Source: a virus
Lineage: Duplodnaviria > Caudoviricetes
Reading direction: 5' to 3' (one strand)
IMG/VR virus record: IMGVR_UViG_3300009514_000025
Coordinates: 1-61,657 of that record
DNA length: 61,657 nucleotides
Of this stretch, positions 59,452-61,657 are shown piece by piece (positions within the stretch are counted from its first letter, which is position 1; every line of letters begins with the position of its first letter). The notes under the pieces were generated by a model. The model was not told the origin of the DNA. It made no database searches and was given only the letters and a program-made list of their open reading frames with translations. The translations under genes and the position numbers were made by a program.

Positions 59452-61264
59452 TTACGTAAATATATTGGCAGAATATTACCCTGACATACCATATTATTGT
59501 GTTGGTGATCCCACCGTTTATGGTAATATCGTATTTCTCGGGTCACCAATAATTTCTCAAGGTACATTAGATGCTTTAACAATATCACCACTTGTTTATC
59601 CAGTTGAAGTTGCAGCCGATACGCTTACCAATCTTGATATACTACAATATAATAGTAGTAATAATCATTGGGAAAATAAATCGCTTGCAGAAGCTGGTAT
59701 ATCGGCTACGGGACATTCACACAATAAATCTGATATTTCTGATTTTACTGAATCTGACTATGTTCATACGACTGGTGTTGAAACTATTGGTGGAAATAAA
59801 ACATTCAGTAATAATGTCACTATTACTGGTGATTTGTCTGTTGATGGTACTACAACAAGCATCAATACTACTACTCTTGAAATAGGCGACAATATTTATT
59901 TATTAAATGCAGATATGGATGATGGAAGTCCTATTCCTTCCCCTACACAAGACGCTGGTTTTGAAGTTGAACGGGGCACAGCCACAAATGTTTCATGGTT
60001 GTGGGATGAAACATTAGATACATTTAGACCCAAATTGGGCGCTGGCGAGGCTGCTTTAGGATACATTCTTGATCCTACAGATGCTAATGGAGTTGGTGAT
60101 CGTGGTTATAATGATTTACGATATGCACCACTTAGTCATACACATGTTATGGTTGATATTACTGATAGTACTTGGATTAGTGATATTACGGGAGAGTTAT
60201 TAAGTGATCTCAATGATACAACAATTTCATCAATCGGTGCCAACGAAATTCTTAAATGGAATGGCTCTGCATGGATTAATAACACACTCGCCGAAGCAGG
60301 TATTTCTGCAACAGGTCATACGCATGTTATGGCTAACATTACAGATAGTACTTGGATTAGTGATATTACAAGTGAGAACTTAGAAGACCTTAGTAACATA
60401 ACAATTACATCACTAGGTACAGACGAACTATTATTTACACAAGATGGTTCTACATGGATTAATCAAACATTAGCAGAAGCAGGTATTTCTGCAACAGGCC
60501 ATACGCATGTTATGGCTAACATTACAGATAGTACCTGGATTAGTGATATAACAGGTGAAGACTTGACCGATCTTAATGATGTTACAATTACATCACTAGG
60601 TACAGACGAACTATTATTTACACAAGATGGTTCTACATGGATTAATCAAACATTAGCAGAAGCAGGTATTGCAACATCTGGACATACTCATGCGCTTAAT
60701 GATCTTACTGATGTAACTATTGGTTCACCAACACCAACTACAGATGATATTCTAACGTTTAATGGTAGTACATGGCAAGCCGCTCCGATTGATAGCAGCG
60801 CCATGGGACACTATAAACAGTTAGTCTATGGTGCAATTAGTAAATCTTCAGGTACATCTTCAATACCAGACGATGACACAATTCCAACATCATCGGAAGG
60901 TTATGAAATTTGGTCAGATACTATAACACCAGGTTCAACAGATGCTGTAATTAAAATTGGATTTTCTATTACCATTGACACATATGTCAGTGGTGGAATG
61001 GGTGGCGGTGATATGGATGTTGCAGTTACAGTATTTAGAGATTCAACATGTATTGGTGCAATGTCACAATATATAGATAGTTATAACCAAGAACAGATGT
61101 CAATTAATATTGTTGATGCACCAAGCACGACATCATCTATAACATATTCAGCACGCATTGGACGTTTAACTTCTTCTGGTACGTGGTATGTTAACAGATT
61201 ACAATCAGAAAAACTTGGTGGTATGCTTGAAAAGCAAGGCTATACTATTGAAGAGATTGACTAA
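59444..61264 (+). CDS. Fibre protein (MPNY family)
   Basis: MPNY N-domain, same repeats as the 1946-aa protein, shared C-domain. Confidence 0.75.
   Translation: MPNYVNILAEYYPDIPYYCVGDPTVYGNIVFLGSPIISQGTLDALTISPLVYPVEVAADTLTNLDILQYNSSNNHWENKSLAEAGISATGHSHNKSDISDFTESDYVHTTGVETIGGNKTFSNNVTITGDLSVDGTTTSINTTTLEIGDNIYLLNADMDDGSPIPSPTQDAGFEVERGTATNVSWLWDETLDTFRPKLGAGEAALGYILDPTDANGVGDRGYNDLRYAPLSHTHVMVDITDSTWISDITGELLSDLNDTTISSIGANEILKWNGSAWINNTLAEAGISATGHTHVMANITDSTWISDITSENLEDLSNITITSLGTDELLFTQDGSTWINQTLAEAGISATGHTHVMANITDSTWISDITGEDLTDLNDVTITSLGTDELLFTQDGSTWINQTLAEAGIATSGHTHALNDLTDVTIGSPTPTTDDILTFNGSTWQAAPIDSSAMGHYKQLVYGAISKSSGTSSIPDDDTIPTSSEGYEIWSDTITPGSTDAVIKIGFSITIDTYVSGGMGGGDMDVAVTVFRDSTCIGAMSQYIDSYNQEQMSINIVDAPSTTSSITYSARIGRLTSSGTWYVNRLQSEKLGGMLEKQGYTIEEID
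60401..60670 (+). repeat. 183-bp-period tandem repeat with an 87-bp exact core
   Basis: 60401-60487 equals 60584-60670. Confidence 0.8.
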
Positions 61265-61275
61265 GGAAAATAATT

Positions 61276-61657
61276 ATGCCTAATTATATTGACATTATCG
61301 GAACATACTTTCCTTCTATGGATGCATATTCCACCGGAGATCCAACTGACTATAATACTATAGTTTTTAATGGTTCACCAATACTTTCACAAAGTACATT
61401 GGATGCTTATGCTACACAACTTGAAACTGAAGCACCAGTAGTAAATGGTGATCATCTTATTATTGTAGAAGATAATCCAGGTGATGGGGAAATTTTGTCA
61501 TATGATTTTACAAGTAAAAAATTTGCACATAATACATTAGCAGAAGCGGGAATTTCTACAACAGGACACACACATACAGAATCTGATATTACAGATTTAC
61601 AGTCATATCTACTTGATATTACATCTGAACCATTAAGTGATCTTAGTGATGTAACTA
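61276..61657 (+). CDS. Fibre-associated protein (MPNY family), truncated by the window end
   Basis: MPNYIDIIGTYFPSMDAYSTGDPTDYNTIVFNGSPILSQSTLDA...TLAEAGIS..HTH. Confidence 0.75.
   Translation, partial: MPNYIDIIGTYFPSMDAYSTGDPTDYNTIVFNGSPILSQSTLDAYATQLETEAPVVNGDHLIIVEDNPGDGEILSYDFTSKKFAHNTLAEAGISTTGHTHTESDITDLQSYLLDITSEPLSDLSDVT

Noticed and set aside
51525-61264. Diversity-generating retroelement (TR/VR pair) in the fibre repeats
   Set aside because: No reverse transcriptase in the window; differences between copies are mostly synonymous, not adenine-specific, and all copies are in coding frame
1-61657. Stop-codon reassignment as in some large phages
   Set aside because: Conserved genes are full length in the standard code, and TAA, TGA and TAG all appear as ordinary stops
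1-61657. Bacterial contractile injection system or tailocin locus
   Set aside because: Portal, protease, scaffold, capsid, terminases and a late sigma factor show a complete phage

Overview
AT-rich, gene-dense segment of a large T4-related myovirus genome read in the standard genetic code. It carries almost the whole morphogenesis module: baseplate (gp6/25/5/53-like), a tail-chaperone pair, tape measure, portal, prohead protease, scaffold, major capsid, neck, sheath, tube, both terminase subunits and a long cluster of modular fibre or decoration proteins. It also has a sigma70-driven block with the gp55-like late sigma factor, gp47/gp46 (gp46 has a class 3 intein), RuvC and a DinG-like helicase. 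Main candidate new system: four small genes translationally coupled behind gp46, plus a reverse-strand major-capsid paralog, all end in the same C-terminal tag, (A)F(D/E)xAM(E/K)I(V/I/L). Three of the small genes look like isolated fragments of this phage's own sheath, portal and capsid proteins, suggesting tagged structural-protein mimics or decoys. Other signals: about 50 Gly-Ser-Pro motifs across unrelated virion proteins (possible modification sequon; a kinase-like gene is nearby), a -1 frameshift site joining gp26-like and gp51-like ORFs, CsrA/RsmA-type hairpins in the 3' UTRs of the capsid and tube genes, and a ~330-nt structured non-coding region. All calls come from reading motifs by eye; no searches were run.
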